Shown piece after piece: positions 47,892 to 58,716 of a stretch of DNA of 64,000 nucleotides. A program made the translations under genes and the position numbers. The first letter of the stretch is position 1. Each line of letters starts with the position of its first letter. Below the pieces are notes generated by a model. It was not told where the DNA came from, did no database searches, and saw only the letters and a program-made list of their open reading frames with translations. The stretch lies in IMG/VR virus record IMGVR_UViG_3300009545_000018, positions 248,001 to 312,000 of that record; one strand, 5' to 3'.

Positions 47892-50800
47892 ATGGCAAAT
47901 AGTAATAAACACGGTAAACAAACCATAGCACAAGGTATACATGGCGCTATAGCATATGAGTATGCTGATGCGCCAGCTCGTTTATCTGCTACTGGATTTC
48001 AGCCAGAAGATATATACAAAATAGCTATTCAATTAGATGATAAATCTGTTTGGATTTTATATAGTATATCTCCTGTTTTATGGGCGGCAGTTGGATCTAA
48101 CCCCAGTTTAGTTCAAGGTATCAGCGCTGGTACAACTCAAGCCCCAGGTCCAACAGTAGTTTTTTCTAATGTTAATGGTGTATCTTTTGGTGCTAGTGGA
48201 CATACTGTTACCGCTAGTGTACAGCCAAGTGGTTTGGGTGGAATTATTGCTGGAACAGAAACAGCAACTAGTGGAACATTAAGTTTTTCTAATGGTAATG
48301 GAATTACTTTTGGTATTAATGGATCAGTATTAACTGCTAGTATTCTTCCTGGAGCCGCTGCTGGTATTGGTGCAGTTCAAGGTGGAACTCAAACACAAAC
48401 ATCTGGAACATTAGCTTTTGTTAATTCTAATGGTATTAGTTTTGGAATGAGTAATTCTAGTCAAATTACTGCAAGTTATACTGTTCCATCTACAGCAGGA
48501 TTGTTGTCTAACATTAATGTTAGTGGTGGTACTACTTCTAATAATTTAAGTGCATTAGTTTTTGGTAATGGTAATAATGTTAGTTTTGGACTTAATGGAT
48601 CTACTATTACAGCTAGTGTAGCTCCTCCATCTATAGCAAGTGTTAATTTTTCCGCAGGAACTACTTCCAATAATTTATCTAATTTAATTTTTAGTAATAG
48701 TAATGGTTTGTCATTTGGTCTTAATGGATCTACTATAACTGATAATTATACCGTTCCTGCTCAAACAGTTCAAACTCAATCTATAATTCAAGCAGTATAT
48801 GATGGAGCCAATAGCATTACTACTGGCACTATAAGATTTAGTAATGCTAATGGAATTAGTTTTGGTGTTAACGGACAAACTTTAACTGCCTCACATAATG
48901 CAATTACATCTCAAACCAATCAAAGTATTGGACTATATGCTTTAGGAAATACTACTCAAAATTTTAGTACTACTTTAGATGCTCGTAGTTTAAGTTTTAA
49001 TGGATTAGGAAATATTACTGTTGGTTATAGTAATGGCTCAATTCAAATTTCTGGAGTTGGTGGGGTTCAAAGTAATCAAACTGAAGGATTTTACGCTTTA
49101 GGAAATACTATTGGACAAAGTTCCAGTAGTACTTTTGATGCTCGTACAATTTCAATATCAGGCGTCGGCGATATTAGTGTTGGATACTCTGGTAATGCAC
49201 TTGTAATTTCTGGACAACAAACTGCACAAACTCAAAGTAATGTGCAAGGTATTTCTGCAGGAACTCAAATCGGACGTACTGGAGATGTAGTATTTAGTAA
49301 TAGTAATGGTATTAGTTTTGGCATGAGCAATAGCTCTGTAGTTACAGCAAGTTATACTGTACCTAACGTTCCTGCACAAACTAATCAAACCGTAGGTTTG
49401 TATGCTCTAGGTAATACAACTCAAAATTCTAGTACAACACTAGATGCTAGAACTTTAAGTTTTAACGGTCTTGGAGCAGCCACTGTAGGTTATTCTAACG
49501 GCAGTATTCAATTATCTGTTCCAGTACAAAGTGCTCAAACACAAAATGTTGTTGTTCCATCTGCCGGCACTCAAACAGCAACTTCTGGTACTGTGGTATT
49601 TAGCAATAGTAATGGTATTAGTTTTGGTATGAGCAACAGCTCTGTAGTTACTGCTTCATATACAGTTCCTTCAACTGCTGGACTAATCTCTAATATTAAT
49701 GTTAGTGCCGGAACCACATCTAACAATTTAAATGCAATTACATTTAGTAATTTAAATGGAATTAGTTTTGGATTAAATGCTTCCACTATTACAGCTTCTT
49801 ATACAGTGCCTAATGTTCCCGTACAAACTAATCAAACTATTGGATTATATGCGCTAGGAAATACTACTCAAAATAGCAGCACTACACTAGATGCGAGAAC
49901 TCTAAGCTTTAACGGGTTAGGTGCAGCTACAGTAGGCTATTCTAATGGCAGTATTCAAATTTCAGTACCTACTCAGACTGCCCAGACACAATCACTTATT
50001 CAAGCAGTATATGATGGTGTTAATAGTATTTCAACAGGAACCATAAGATTTACTAATGCTAATGGTGTTTCTTTTAGTGTCAACGGACAAACAATTAGTG
50101 GTTCTGTAGCTGCTCAAACTAACCAAACTTTAGGTTTGTATGCTTTGGGTAATACATTTGGACAATCTTCTAGTAGTACTTTTGATGCTAGAACATTAAG
50201 TTTTAATGGGTCCGGAATCGCTTCTGTAGGTTATTCTAATGGAAGTGTAGTAGTTAATGTGCCAGCTGCTGGTGCTAGTATAAATGTTAGCGCCGGGACC
50301 ACTTCTAATAATTTAAATGCTATTACATTTAGCAATGCTAATAACGTTACCTTCGGTCTTAATGGTTCTGTTTTAACTGCTAGTGTTGTTCCTCCGAGTG
50401 GTGCCGTCATTAATATCTCTGCAGGAACTACATCTAATAACGTTACAGCTTTAACATTTAGTAACAGTAATGGATTAGCTTTCGGTCTAAATGGATCTAC
50501 TATCACAGGGTCATATACAGTTCCTACACAAACAGCACAAACTGTAGGTTTATATGCGCTAGGAAATACTACTCAAAATAGCAGCACTACATTAGATGCT
50601 AGAACACTAAGTTTCAATGGTCTTGGTGCCGCTACTGTTGGTTATTCTAATGGTAGTATTCAGATCTCAGTACCTACACAAACGGCTCAAACACAATCGC
50701 TTATTCAAGCAGTATATGATGGCGTGAATAGTATTACTACTGGCACTATAAGATTTAGTAATGCTAATGGAATTAGTTTTGGTGTTAACGGACAAACTAT

Positions 50801-52574
50801 TACTGCCTCTGTTAATGCTGGTGGCAATCTTAATATTTCTGCTGGAACTACTAGTAATAATTTAACTGCAGTTACATTTAGTAATGCAAATAATGTTACT
50901 TTTGGACTAAATGCTTCAACTGTAACTGCGTCGGCATCTTTTCCTGCACAAACCAATCAAACCATAGGTTTGTATGCTCTAGGCAATACAACTCAAAACT
51001 CTAGTACAACACTAGATGCTAGAACTTTAAGTTTTAACGGTTTAGGAATAATTACTGCCGGATATTCTAATGGTAGTATACAATTATCAGCTACACAAAG
51101 TGCTCAAACACAAAATATAGTAGTTCCTTCTGCGGGTACTCAAACAGCAACTTCTGGTACAGTTATTTTTAGTAATAGTAATGGTATTAGTTTTGGCATG
51201 AGCAATAGCTCTGTAATTACTGCAAGTTATACGGTTCCATCTACTGTAGGATTAATATCTGCCATTAATGTTTCGGCGGGAACCACTTCTAATAATTTGT
51301 CTGCAATTACATTTAGTAATAGTAATGGAATTAGCTTTGGACTTAATGCTTCCACTATTACAGCAAGTTATACTGTACCAACACAAACTAATCAAACTAT
51401 AGGTTTGTATGCTCTAGGAAACACTACTCAGAACTCTAGTACTACTTTAGACGCTAGAACATTAAGTTTTAACGGTTTAGGAGCCGCTACTGTAGGATAT
51501 TCTAACGGTTCAATACAAATAAGTGTTGCAACACAAACAGCACAAACTCAATCTCTTATTCAAGCATTATATGATGGTGCGGCTAGTATTACTACAGGAA
51601 CCGTTAGGTTTAGTAATTCTAATGGAATTAGTTTTGGTATTAATGGTCAAACAGTTACTGCTTCACATAATGGTATTACTTCGCAAACTAATCAAACAAT
51701 AGGTTTATATGCTTTAGGTAATACAACTCAAAATAGTTCAACCACTTTAGATGCTAGAACATTATCATTTAATGGTTTAGGTGCTGCTACAGTAGGATAT
51801 TCTAATGGAAGTGTACAAATTTCAGTTTCAACTCAAACAAATCAAACTGTTGGGTTATATGCTATAGGTAACACTACTCAAAATAGTAGTACTACACTAG
51901 ATGCTAGAACTTTAAGTTTTAATGGTGCAGGAATTGCTTCAGTAGGATATTCTAATGGAAGTGTAATTATATCTGCACCTAGTTTTAAAGCCTCGCATTT
52001 TATGTATCCAAATCCAGCCTGGATGACTAACTTTACTATAAATGATCAAATGATATCATTACAACATGTATTTATTCCAAATAATATTACTGCTAGTCAA
52101 ATGAATTTATTAATGGCATTATCTGGAAATACAAATTCTACCGGAGCATTAAGCATAAGTCTTGGATTATTTACTATGTCTGGATCTACTATGTCATTAG
52201 CATCTTCTAATTCTCAACAAATCACCTGGACATCTGGATCTCAAACTACCAATAGTTCAGTATTTGGAGGAATATCAGGAACAAGATATAGAACAGTTTC
52301 ATTAAATAATTGGAATATAACTCCTGGAGATTATATTTTAGGTATGTGGTTTAGAACAACTAATGATGGTACCTGGAAAGCTTTCGGTCAACAAGGTCCA
52401 ACAATTGTTGGTGCGGTGGATGGAAATGAAACTAACCATTATTTAAATGGTTATTCTATTAGTACATTTAGTTCTGCTATGATGAATAGCATTAATGTTA
52501 CAAATACTAATTATGTTCGAACTGGTGATAATGCGTTACAACATCCAGGATTTATCTTACTCGGGAGCTATTAA
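47892..52574 (+). CDS. Giant repeat-built fibre/adhesin protein 1
   Basis: 1560 aa of S/T/N/G beta repeats; distinct N- and C-terminal domains. Confidence 0.75.
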   Translation: MANSNKHGKQTIAQGIHGAIAYEYADAPARLSATGFQPEDIYKIAIQLDDKSVWILYSISPVLWAAVGSNPSLVQGISAGTTQAPGPTVVFSNVNGVSFGASGHTVTASVQPSGLGGIIAGTETATSGTLSFSNGNGITFGINGSVLTASILPGAAAGIGAVQGGTQTQTSGTLAFVNSNGISFGMSNSSQITASYTVPSTAGLLSNINVSGGTTSNNLSALVFGNGNNVSFGLNGSTITASVAPPSIASVNFSAGTTSNNLSNLIFSNSNGLSFGLNGSTITDNYTVPAQTVQTQSIIQAVYDGANSITTGTIRFSNANGISFGVNGQTLTASHNAITSQTNQSIGLYALGNTTQNFSTTLDARSLSFNGLGNITVGYSNGSIQISGVGGVQSNQTEGFYALGNTIGQSSSSTFDARTISISGVGDISVGYSGNALVISGQQTAQTQSNVQGISAGTQIGRTGDVVFSNSNGISFGMSNSSVVTASYTVPNVPAQTNQTVGLYALGNTTQNSSTTLDARTLSFNGLGAATVGYSNGSIQLSVPVQSAQTQNVVVPSAGTQTATSGTVVFSNSNGISFGMSNSSVVTASYTVPSTAGLISNINVSAGTTSNNLNAITFSNLNGISFGLNASTITASYTVPNVPVQTNQTIGLYALGNTTQNSSTTLDARTLSFNGLGAATVGYSNGSIQISVPTQTAQTQSLIQAVYDGVNSISTGTIRFTNANGVSFSVNGQTISGSVAAQTNQTLGLYALGNTFGQSSSSTFDARTLSFNGSGIASVGYSNGSVVVNVPAAGASINVSAGTTSNNLNAITFSNANNVTFGLNGSVLTASVVPPSGAVINISAGTTSNNVTALTFSNSNGLAFGLNGSTITGSYTVPTQTAQTVGLYALGNTTQNSSTTLDARTLSFNGLGAATVGYSNGSIQISVPTQTAQTQSLIQAVYDGVNSITTGTIRFSNANGISFGVNGQTITASVNAGGNLNISAGTTSNNLTAVTFSNANNVTFGLNASTVTASASFPAQTNQTIGLYALGNTTQNSSTTLDARTLSFNGLGIITAGYSNGSIQLSATQSAQTQNIVVPSAGTQTATSGTVIFSNSNGISFGMSNSSVITASYTVPSTVGLISAINVSAGTTSNNLSAITFSNSNGISFGLNASTITASYTVPTQTNQTIGLYALGNTTQNSSTTLDARTLSFNGLGAATVGYSNGSIQISVATQTAQTQSLIQALYDGAASITTGTVRFSNSNGISFGINGQTVTASHNGITSQTNQTIGLYALGNTTQNSSTTLDARTLSFNGLGAATVGYSNGSVQISVSTQTNQTVGLYAIGNTTQNSSTTLDARTLSFNGAGIASVGYSNGSVIISAPSFKASHFMYPNPAWMTNFTINDQMISLQHVFIPNNITASQMNLLMALSGNTNSTGALSISLGLFTMSGSTMSLASSNSQQITWTSGSQTTNSSVFGGISGTRYRTVSLNNWNITPGDYILGMWFRTTNDGTWKAFGQQGPTIVGAVDGNETNHYLNGYSISTFSSAMMNSINVTNTNYVRTGDNALQHPGFILLGSY

Positions 52575-55230
52575 TGTCTGATAATTTTCAAGACAATGTA
52601 TCATATGGCGCCTCTTCCTTATCAGTAAGTGGTAAAGCGGTAGTCGTGGGCAATAGTGGAGATGCTGGTGCCAAAAGCGTAATATTCAGTAATAACTTGG
52701 GTGCAGGACATTTTGTTTGGAATCCCATTGGTAACGCAACCATTTCATTGCCAAATAATAATGGAGTTATACTATTATCTTCACAAGGAATACTTTCTGT
52801 TAGTGCGGGTACCACACAATTAACTAATGGTCAATTAATTTTTAGTAATAGTAACGGTATGACATTTGGGTTGAATGGATCCACCATTACAGCAAGTTAT
52901 ACTGTTCCATCTACGGCTGGATTAATTTCTGCAGTTAATGTTTCAGCGGGAACAACTAGTAATAATTTAAGTGCTTTAACTTTTAGTAATAGCAATGGTA
53001 TGTCTTTTGGTTTGAACGGATCTACCATCACTGGATCATATACTGTTCCTACGCAAACCAATCAAACTGTAGGTTTATATGCTTTGGGTAATACTACTCA
53101 AAATTCCAGTACCACTTTGGACGCTAGAACCTTAAGTTTTAACGGACTAGGAGCTGCTACGGTAGGATATTCTAATGGTAGTATTCAGATTTCAGTGCCT
53201 ACACAAACGGCTCAAACTCAAAGTAATATTCAAGCTATCTATGATGGTGCTAATAGCATAAGTACTGGTACCATTAGATTTACCAATGCTAATGGTGTTT
53301 CTTTTAGTGTCAACGGACAAACAATTAGTGGATCTGTAGCCGCACAGACAAATCAAACAGTGGGTTTGTATGCAGTAAGTAATACTACTCAAAATAGTTC
53401 TACTACCTTAGACGCCAGAACATTATCATTTCAAGGCGCAGGCATTGCTTCTGTAGGGTACTCTAACGGATCAATTGTGGTAAGTGTACCTTCTGGTGGT
53501 GGAGGTTTAACAAATGTTAATGTTAGTGCAGGCACTACCAGCAATAATTTATCTAATTTAGTTTTTAGTAATTCTAATAGTGTTTCTTTTGGATTAAATG
53601 GATCTACTATTACTGCCTCTATTCCAAATCAAACATATTCATTTTCTGATTCTAATGGTATTGTTTGGGGAATTAATGCATCTACCATTACAGCAAGTTA
53701 TAACTTTAATATTAGTGCTGGAACTACTAGTAATAATTTATCTTCCATTACTTTCAGTAATAGCAATGGAGTTAGTTTTGGACTTAATGGATCTACTTTA
53801 ACTGGATCAGTTGCTGCTCAAACTAATCAAACAGTAGGTTTATATGCAGTAAGCAATACTACCCAGAATAGCAGTACAACATTAGATGCTAGAACATTAT
53901 CATTTCAAGGCGCAGGCATTGCTTCTGTTGGTTATTCTAACGGATCAATCGTAGTAAGTGTACCTTCTGGTGGTGGAGGCATAACTAATATTAACGTAAG
54001 TGCAGGAACCACTAGCAATAATTTATCAGCTATCACGTTTAGTAATTCAAATGGAATTAGTTTTGGATTAAATGCTTCAACCGTTACAGCGTCTCATAAC
54101 GGTATTACTTCACAAACCAATCAGACTGTCGGATTGTACGCATTAGGTAATACTACCTTTAATTCATCAAGTACTTTAGACGCTCGCTCCCTTAGTTTTT
54201 CTGGTTCTGGAAACATTACTGTAGGTTACTCTAATGGTAGTATTGTTATTGCTCAAACCGGTGGTGGTGGACAAAGCAATCAAACATTAGGTTTATACGC
54301 TTTAGGTAACACTACACAGAATAGTTCTACCACCTTAGATGCTAGAACATTATCATTTAATGGTTTAGGAATAATAACAGCAGGTTATTCTAATGGATCA
54401 ATACAACTTTCAGCTACGCAGTCTGCGCAGACACAAAATGTGGTGGTTCCATCTGCAGGTACACAAACCGCCACTTCAGGAACCGCAATATTTAGTAACA
54501 GCAATGGTATTACTTTCGGAATGAGTAACAGTTCTGTTATTACTGCTTCTTTTAATGGAACTCTTAATTCTGTTGTTTTTTCTAACGCCAATAATATTAC
54601 CTTTGGTTCGGCAGGAAACACTACAATAACTGCAAGCTATAGTCAATCAAATCAAGATATTAGTTTGTTTGCTTTGGGAAACACTACACAAAATAGTTCC
54701 ACTCATTTAGGCGCTAACGTGTTGTCATTAAATGGACTTGGTATAGTGACTGCCGGCTATAGCAATGGTAGTATTCAAATTTCCGCTTCTCAAAGCGTAG
54801 CTACACATGGATTATATGCTATTGGAAATACTACAGGACAATCAAGTTCATCCACTTTTGATGCACGAAGTGTTTCATTTTCTGGGGCTGGACAAATATC
54901 ATTAGGATATTCTGGAAACGCTTTAGTAATTTCTGGTAATGGTGGTGGTGTTGCACTTTCAGCAGGAGCAAATAGTACATCAACCGGAACAGTAGTATTT
55001 AGTAATTCAAATAACATTACTTTCGGAATGAGTAATAACGGTGTAGTAACGGCAAGCTTTAATGCTAACAATACGGCATCAACTTTCGTATTGGGAATTT
55101 CTACACAAGGAAATACATCAGGCACAACTGGTTTCGCTAATCAATCAGTACAATTAGTTGGAACAAATGGTATTACATTAAGTCAAAGCATTAATGGTAA
55201 TAGTGCAACAATTACATTGTCTGGTGATGG
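48110..55230 (+). repeat. Coding modular repeat array (four interleaved module types)
   Basis: GLYALGNTTQNSSTTLDARTLSFNG about 10 + 7 copies; SAGTTSNNL; SAGTQTATSG; QAVYDG modules. Confidence 0.9.
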
Positions 55231-55981
55231 TGCAACATTATCACAATTTGATCCTCTTGGCTCTAACACAATGGTGACTAATTTGACACTAGGTCAAAAT
55301 TCTATTTATTTTGTACCATTTGACGTTCCTCAATATCTTAGTGCTTATCGTATAAACTTTTTCTTTTCTGTTGCAACTACTGTAACAGCATCTAATACCA
55401 ATGGTGGCGGTGGTTATACACAAAGTGCAGCTATTTATGTGAGAGATACTGGAACTAATAGCACAAGAATGACATCACAATGGTCTGGTAGTTGGGGTAT
55501 TAGCTCTACAGTTAGTAGCAATACACAAATAAATATTACTTATGCTAATGGTATTAATAATTCAACATCTGTATCTACTGCTAGCACTGGATTGAGCACA
55601 TCAAACGCAACAACGTTTCCAGCTAGCAGTATAGGAGGATTTAGAGCAGTTCCATTACCAATTAGTTCAACCATGACTCCGGGTCGTTATTGGTTAGCGG
55701 TAGCAAATTCTGTTTCCAGCAATGCCAGTTATGCCGTTAACTGCAGCGTAATGCAATATACATTAAGTAATAATATTGCTTTTAGACCATTTGGAACATC
55801 TTCGGCAGCAAGCAATGCAAGCTTTTATGCTATTAAAGAGGGAATGGGCACATATAGTGCTACCTCTGGCGCTTTCCCTGGCACTGTAATATTAAATTCT
55901 GATTCTATTCGTGCTGGTTTAACTGCAAGTTTACCATATTTTAATTTTTCAGGATACACTACTGCAACCAATATGATTTAA
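52574..55981 (+). CDS. Giant repeat-built fibre/adhesin protein 2
   Basis: Same repeat modules as 47892; related C-terminal domain (TPGxY). Confidence 0.75.
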   Translation: MSDNFQDNVSYGASSLSVSGKAVVVGNSGDAGAKSVIFSNNLGAGHFVWNPIGNATISLPNNNGVILLSSQGILSVSAGTTQLTNGQLIFSNSNGMTFGLNGSTITASYTVPSTAGLISAVNVSAGTTSNNLSALTFSNSNGMSFGLNGSTITGSYTVPTQTNQTVGLYALGNTTQNSSTTLDARTLSFNGLGAATVGYSNGSIQISVPTQTAQTQSNIQAIYDGANSISTGTIRFTNANGVSFSVNGQTISGSVAAQTNQTVGLYAVSNTTQNSSTTLDARTLSFQGAGIASVGYSNGSIVVSVPSGGGGLTNVNVSAGTTSNNLSNLVFSNSNSVSFGLNGSTITASIPNQTYSFSDSNGIVWGINASTITASYNFNISAGTTSNNLSSITFSNSNGVSFGLNGSTLTGSVAAQTNQTVGLYAVSNTTQNSSTTLDARTLSFQGAGIASVGYSNGSIVVSVPSGGGGITNINVSAGTTSNNLSAITFSNSNGISFGLNASTVTASHNGITSQTNQTVGLYALGNTTFNSSSTLDARSLSFSGSGNITVGYSNGSIVIAQTGGGGQSNQTLGLYALGNTTQNSSTTLDARTLSFNGLGIITAGYSNGSIQLSATQSAQTQNVVVPSAGTQTATSGTAIFSNSNGITFGMSNSSVITASFNGTLNSVVFSNANNITFGSAGNTTITASYSQSNQDISLFALGNTTQNSSTHLGANVLSLNGLGIVTAGYSNGSIQISASQSVATHGLYAIGNTTGQSSSSTFDARSVSFSGAGQISLGYSGNALVISGNGGGVALSAGANSTSTGTVVFSNSNNITFGMSNNGVVTASFNANNTASTFVLGISTQGNTSGTTGFANQSVQLVGTNGITLSQSINGNSATITLSGDGATLSQFDPLGSNTMVTNLTLGQNSIYFVPFDVPQYLSAYRINFFFSVATTVTASNTNGGGGYTQSAAIYVRDTGTNSTRMTSQWSGSWGISSTVSSNTQINITYANGINNSTSVSTASTGLSTSNATTFPASSIGGFRAVPLPISSTMTPGRYWLAVANSVSSNASYAVNCSVMQYTLSNNIAFRPFGTSSAASNASFYAIKEGMGTYSATSGAFPGTVILNSDSIRAGLTASLPYFNFSGYTTATNMI

Positions 55982-55993
55982 AAAGGGAAAATA

Positions 55994-56320
55994 ATGTTAA
56001 TTACAATAAATATAACTTCATTCGCATATACATCTGATAATTCTGGGCAGATTGATTTTAGCGCTGACATCACTAGAAGTGATGATCCAAGTCATATTGT
56101 ATCAATTACGCCTTTAACTGGCGGAGAATATACTGGTTGGGATTTGGAAACAAAACAACCTAAAGATACTTATAAATTAATTGCCGAAGCTTGCACTACA
56201 TGTATGGATAATGCTTGGGGAAGTCTTGGAGCACAAGAATATAATTATGTATTTTTAGGTCTATCGATTAATGGTCCGCTCCATTTTTCAATTCCAGAAT
56301 TAATTAATGGAACATTATAA
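55994..56320 (+). CDS. Hypothetical protein (possible fibre chaperone)
   Basis: 108 aa directly after fibre genes. Confidence 0.55.
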   Translation: MLITINITSFAYTSDNSGQIDFSADITRSDDPSHIVSITPLTGGEYTGWDLETKQPKDTYKLIAEACTTCMDNAWGSLGAQEYNYVFLGLSINGPLHFSIPELINGTL

Positions 56321-56352
56321 ATAATATAATAACACGTATCTAATAAATAATC

Positions 56353-57828
56353 ATGGGTATTTCAATTAACACAGCCTCTTTTAATTTTACCGCTAAAATT
56401 CCGGGATTAGTGGTTTCTTCTAATGGTCGTTTTTTACAAACCACCTCAGGAACTCCAGTTTTTGTGTGTGGATTTTCTAGTCAAATGATCATGAATCGTT
56501 TAAATTTAACCGACATTAATACTTATTTAGATCAGGTTGTGTCTTATGGATACAACGGATTGTTGATTGAAATGATGTCACGATTGGTTGATTATAGTCC
56601 TGGAGGGCTTGCACCTCCAGCCACAGTAGATGGTATTCTTCCTTTTACCAAAAATGTTTCTGGTGGAACTTATGATGGTACTGCTGGAACGGCTGATTTT
56701 TCTACTCCAAATGAAACATATTGGCAACGTGTAGATGCTGTTTATAACTTAATGGCAGGAAAAAATATTATTGCTTTGACTTACCCTATGTCTTGGGGGT
56801 TTAATGGTATGGGAGCGGAAGGTTGGTGGCAAGATATGACCCTTTCACAAAATACCAGATCTGTTCATAATACATTTGGTCAGTTTTTGGGAGCCAGATA
56901 TAATGCAACTAAATTCCCTAATATTTGGTGGCTTAATGGTAGTGACTATAATGGATCTACGACCGGCTCACCAGAAAGCGGAATTGGAAGGGCTTATTCT
57001 CTTATGCAGGGAATTATTACTGGAGGTGGCACTCAACTTCGTTCAGGTGACTGGCAAGCCCCTTCAGAAAGTTCTGATGCTCCATCAGATGGTAGTCAGG
57101 CTTTTGAAAATTATATACAACTTAATGGAACTTATTCTACAGGTGGAACACATCCCACTTTAGCTACTGATGGTCAGGTTTATTTAGAAGCTAGGCGAGG
57201 ATGGAATTATACACCTATTGATGCTCACCAAGGAAATGGGGTGTCAGTCCCTTCAGCAATTCCATGTTATGGAAAAGAATATAATTTTAAAGGAGATACA
57301 CAGGGAGCCACCGATACGACTATTAGAAAAGAGAATGGATGGGGAGTTCTTAGCGGAAATACTGCCGGATTTTGGTACGGTAATATTCCGTTACTTCAAA
57401 TTACTACAGGTTGGCAATCAGTATTTGCTTCTGATGCTTCTGTAAATCAAGCCGGTATATTTGCTAATTTAATTAGATCTTTATCTTCTTGGCAATTATT
57501 AGTTCCATCTGAATTATCTGGAATGAGAAGACTTATTACTACTAGTAATGGTCTTCAAAGTGCTGGCGCCGCTTATGTTGCCGCAGCTCAATCTTCAGAT
57601 GGACATCTTATGTTGTGTTATGTTCCTCCGAATGGATCAGGAACACAATCTTTTTCTGTAGATTTTCGTTCTATGGCAGGCACATCTACGGGTAGATGGT
57701 GGGATCCAACTACTGGAACATTTACCGCTATAGGAACTTTTGCTAATTCACTTAGTGCTCAAAATTTTACTACTCCGGGTAATAATAACTCTGGCGATAA
57801 TGATTGGGTTTTAGTTTTGCAAAGTTAA
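56353..57828 (+). CDS. DUF4038/GH140 apiosidase-like glycoside hydrolase with C-terminal beta domain
   Basis: VSSNGRFLQ..GTPVF, PNETYWQRVD, FLGARY..PNIWWLNGSD, RWWDPTTG..DWVLVL. Confidence 0.8.
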   Translation: MGISINTASFNFTAKIPGLVVSSNGRFLQTTSGTPVFVCGFSSQMIMNRLNLTDINTYLDQVVSYGYNGLLIEMMSRLVDYSPGGLAPPATVDGILPFTKNVSGGTYDGTAGTADFSTPNETYWQRVDAVYNLMAGKNIIALTYPMSWGFNGMGAEGWWQDMTLSQNTRSVHNTFGQFLGARYNATKFPNIWWLNGSDYNGSTTGSPESGIGRAYSLMQGIITGGGTQLRSGDWQAPSESSDAPSDGSQAFENYIQLNGTYSTGGTHPTLATDGQVYLEARRGWNYTPIDAHQGNGVSVPSAIPCYGKEYNFKGDTQGATDTTIRKENGWGVLSGNTAGFWYGNIPLLQITTGWQSVFASDASVNQAGIFANLIRSLSSWQLLVPSELSGMRRLITTSNGLQSAGAAYVAAAQSSDGHLMLCYVPPNGSGTQSFSVDFRSMAGTSTGRWWDPTTGTFTAIGTFANSLSAQNFTTPGNNNSGDNDWVLVLQS

Positions 57829-57917
57829 ATTATGATAATATACGGTTCAGGAGATATAATGAATATAATTTGCAAAATAAAAAATATTATCAATAACCAT
57901 AATTTATGGGTAATTAA

Positions 57918-58670
57918 ATGACTATTTCAATTGGAGGAAAGGGAATTGGGCATACTTCTGCCAGCGGTACTACTTGTAATGGTCCAGATACTGGCACTAT
58001 CAATACTCAAACAACTGGATCAACTTTTGTTGTACATGTTGGTTGGTATAACGGTGGCTCTGCAACACCAGCAGTTTCTGATAAAGTTGGTGGCGTTTCA
58101 ACGGGTAATTCATATACCCAAGTTGGATCAACAGTTAGTTTATCAGGTGATACACTGTTTCATACAGCAATGTTTGAGTGTGTGGCAGGGGCTGGTGGTA
58201 ACACTCATACTTGGACTATTACATTTACAGGTGGTACACCCGCTCTTATTAGCACGTTTTTTCGTGAAGTTGTGGGTGGTGATACTAGTAATCCGCGTGA
58301 TCAGCATGTAGCGTCTGAAGATAATCATTCTGCAGCTACCCCTTATGTTAGTCAGAATGTTACTACAACGCAGGCAAGTGAGGCGCTTGTAGCATGTACA
58401 TGGACATATACTTCTATTGGTTCCGGAAATGAAACTCTTACATGGGGAAACAGTTTTACTGCCGATGCCCAGCAACCAGATAGTGCTGATTTTACGGGCG
58501 GTGCTGCATCTAGAATTGTTTCATCAACTGGAACATATCAATCTTCAGTTACATCTTCCGGGTCTGCAAATGCAAGCACTGCTATTTGCTATTTAACTAC
58601 TTATAAGGAAGCAGGCGCTGGAGGAGGTAGTATTACCATTCCAACTTATAGTAGTTATGTAACCGCCTAA
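57918..58670 (+). CDS. T/S/G-rich beta-sandwich virion-surface protein (putative)
   Basis: Composition and position. Confidence 0.55.
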   Translation: MTISIGGKGIGHTSASGTTCNGPDTGTINTQTTGSTFVVHVGWYNGGSATPAVSDKVGGVSTGNSYTQVGSTVSLSGDTLFHTAMFECVAGAGGNTHTWTITFTGGTPALISTFFREVVGGDTSNPRDQHVASEDNHSAATPYVSQNVTTTQASEALVACTWTYTSIGSGNETLTWGNSFTADAQQPDSADFTGGAASRIVSSTGTYQSSVTSSGSANASTAICYLTTYKEAGAGGGSITIPTYSSYVTA

Positions 58671-58700
58671 ATTATAAAAATTAATATATTTATAATCAGA

Positions 58701-58709
58701 TGATATAAT
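58701..58709 (+). promoter_or_regulatory. Extended -10 promoter TGnTATAAT, probably leaderless transcript
   Basis: TGATATAAT, 7 nt before ATG 58717, no SD. Confidence 0.6.
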
Positions 58710-58716
58710 ATAAATT

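Noticed and set aside
48110-55230. Repeat array as CRISPR or DGR template/variable pair
   Set aside because: Repeats are in-frame coding units with synonymous variation; no spacers, no reverse transcriptase, no adenine-specific mismatches seen
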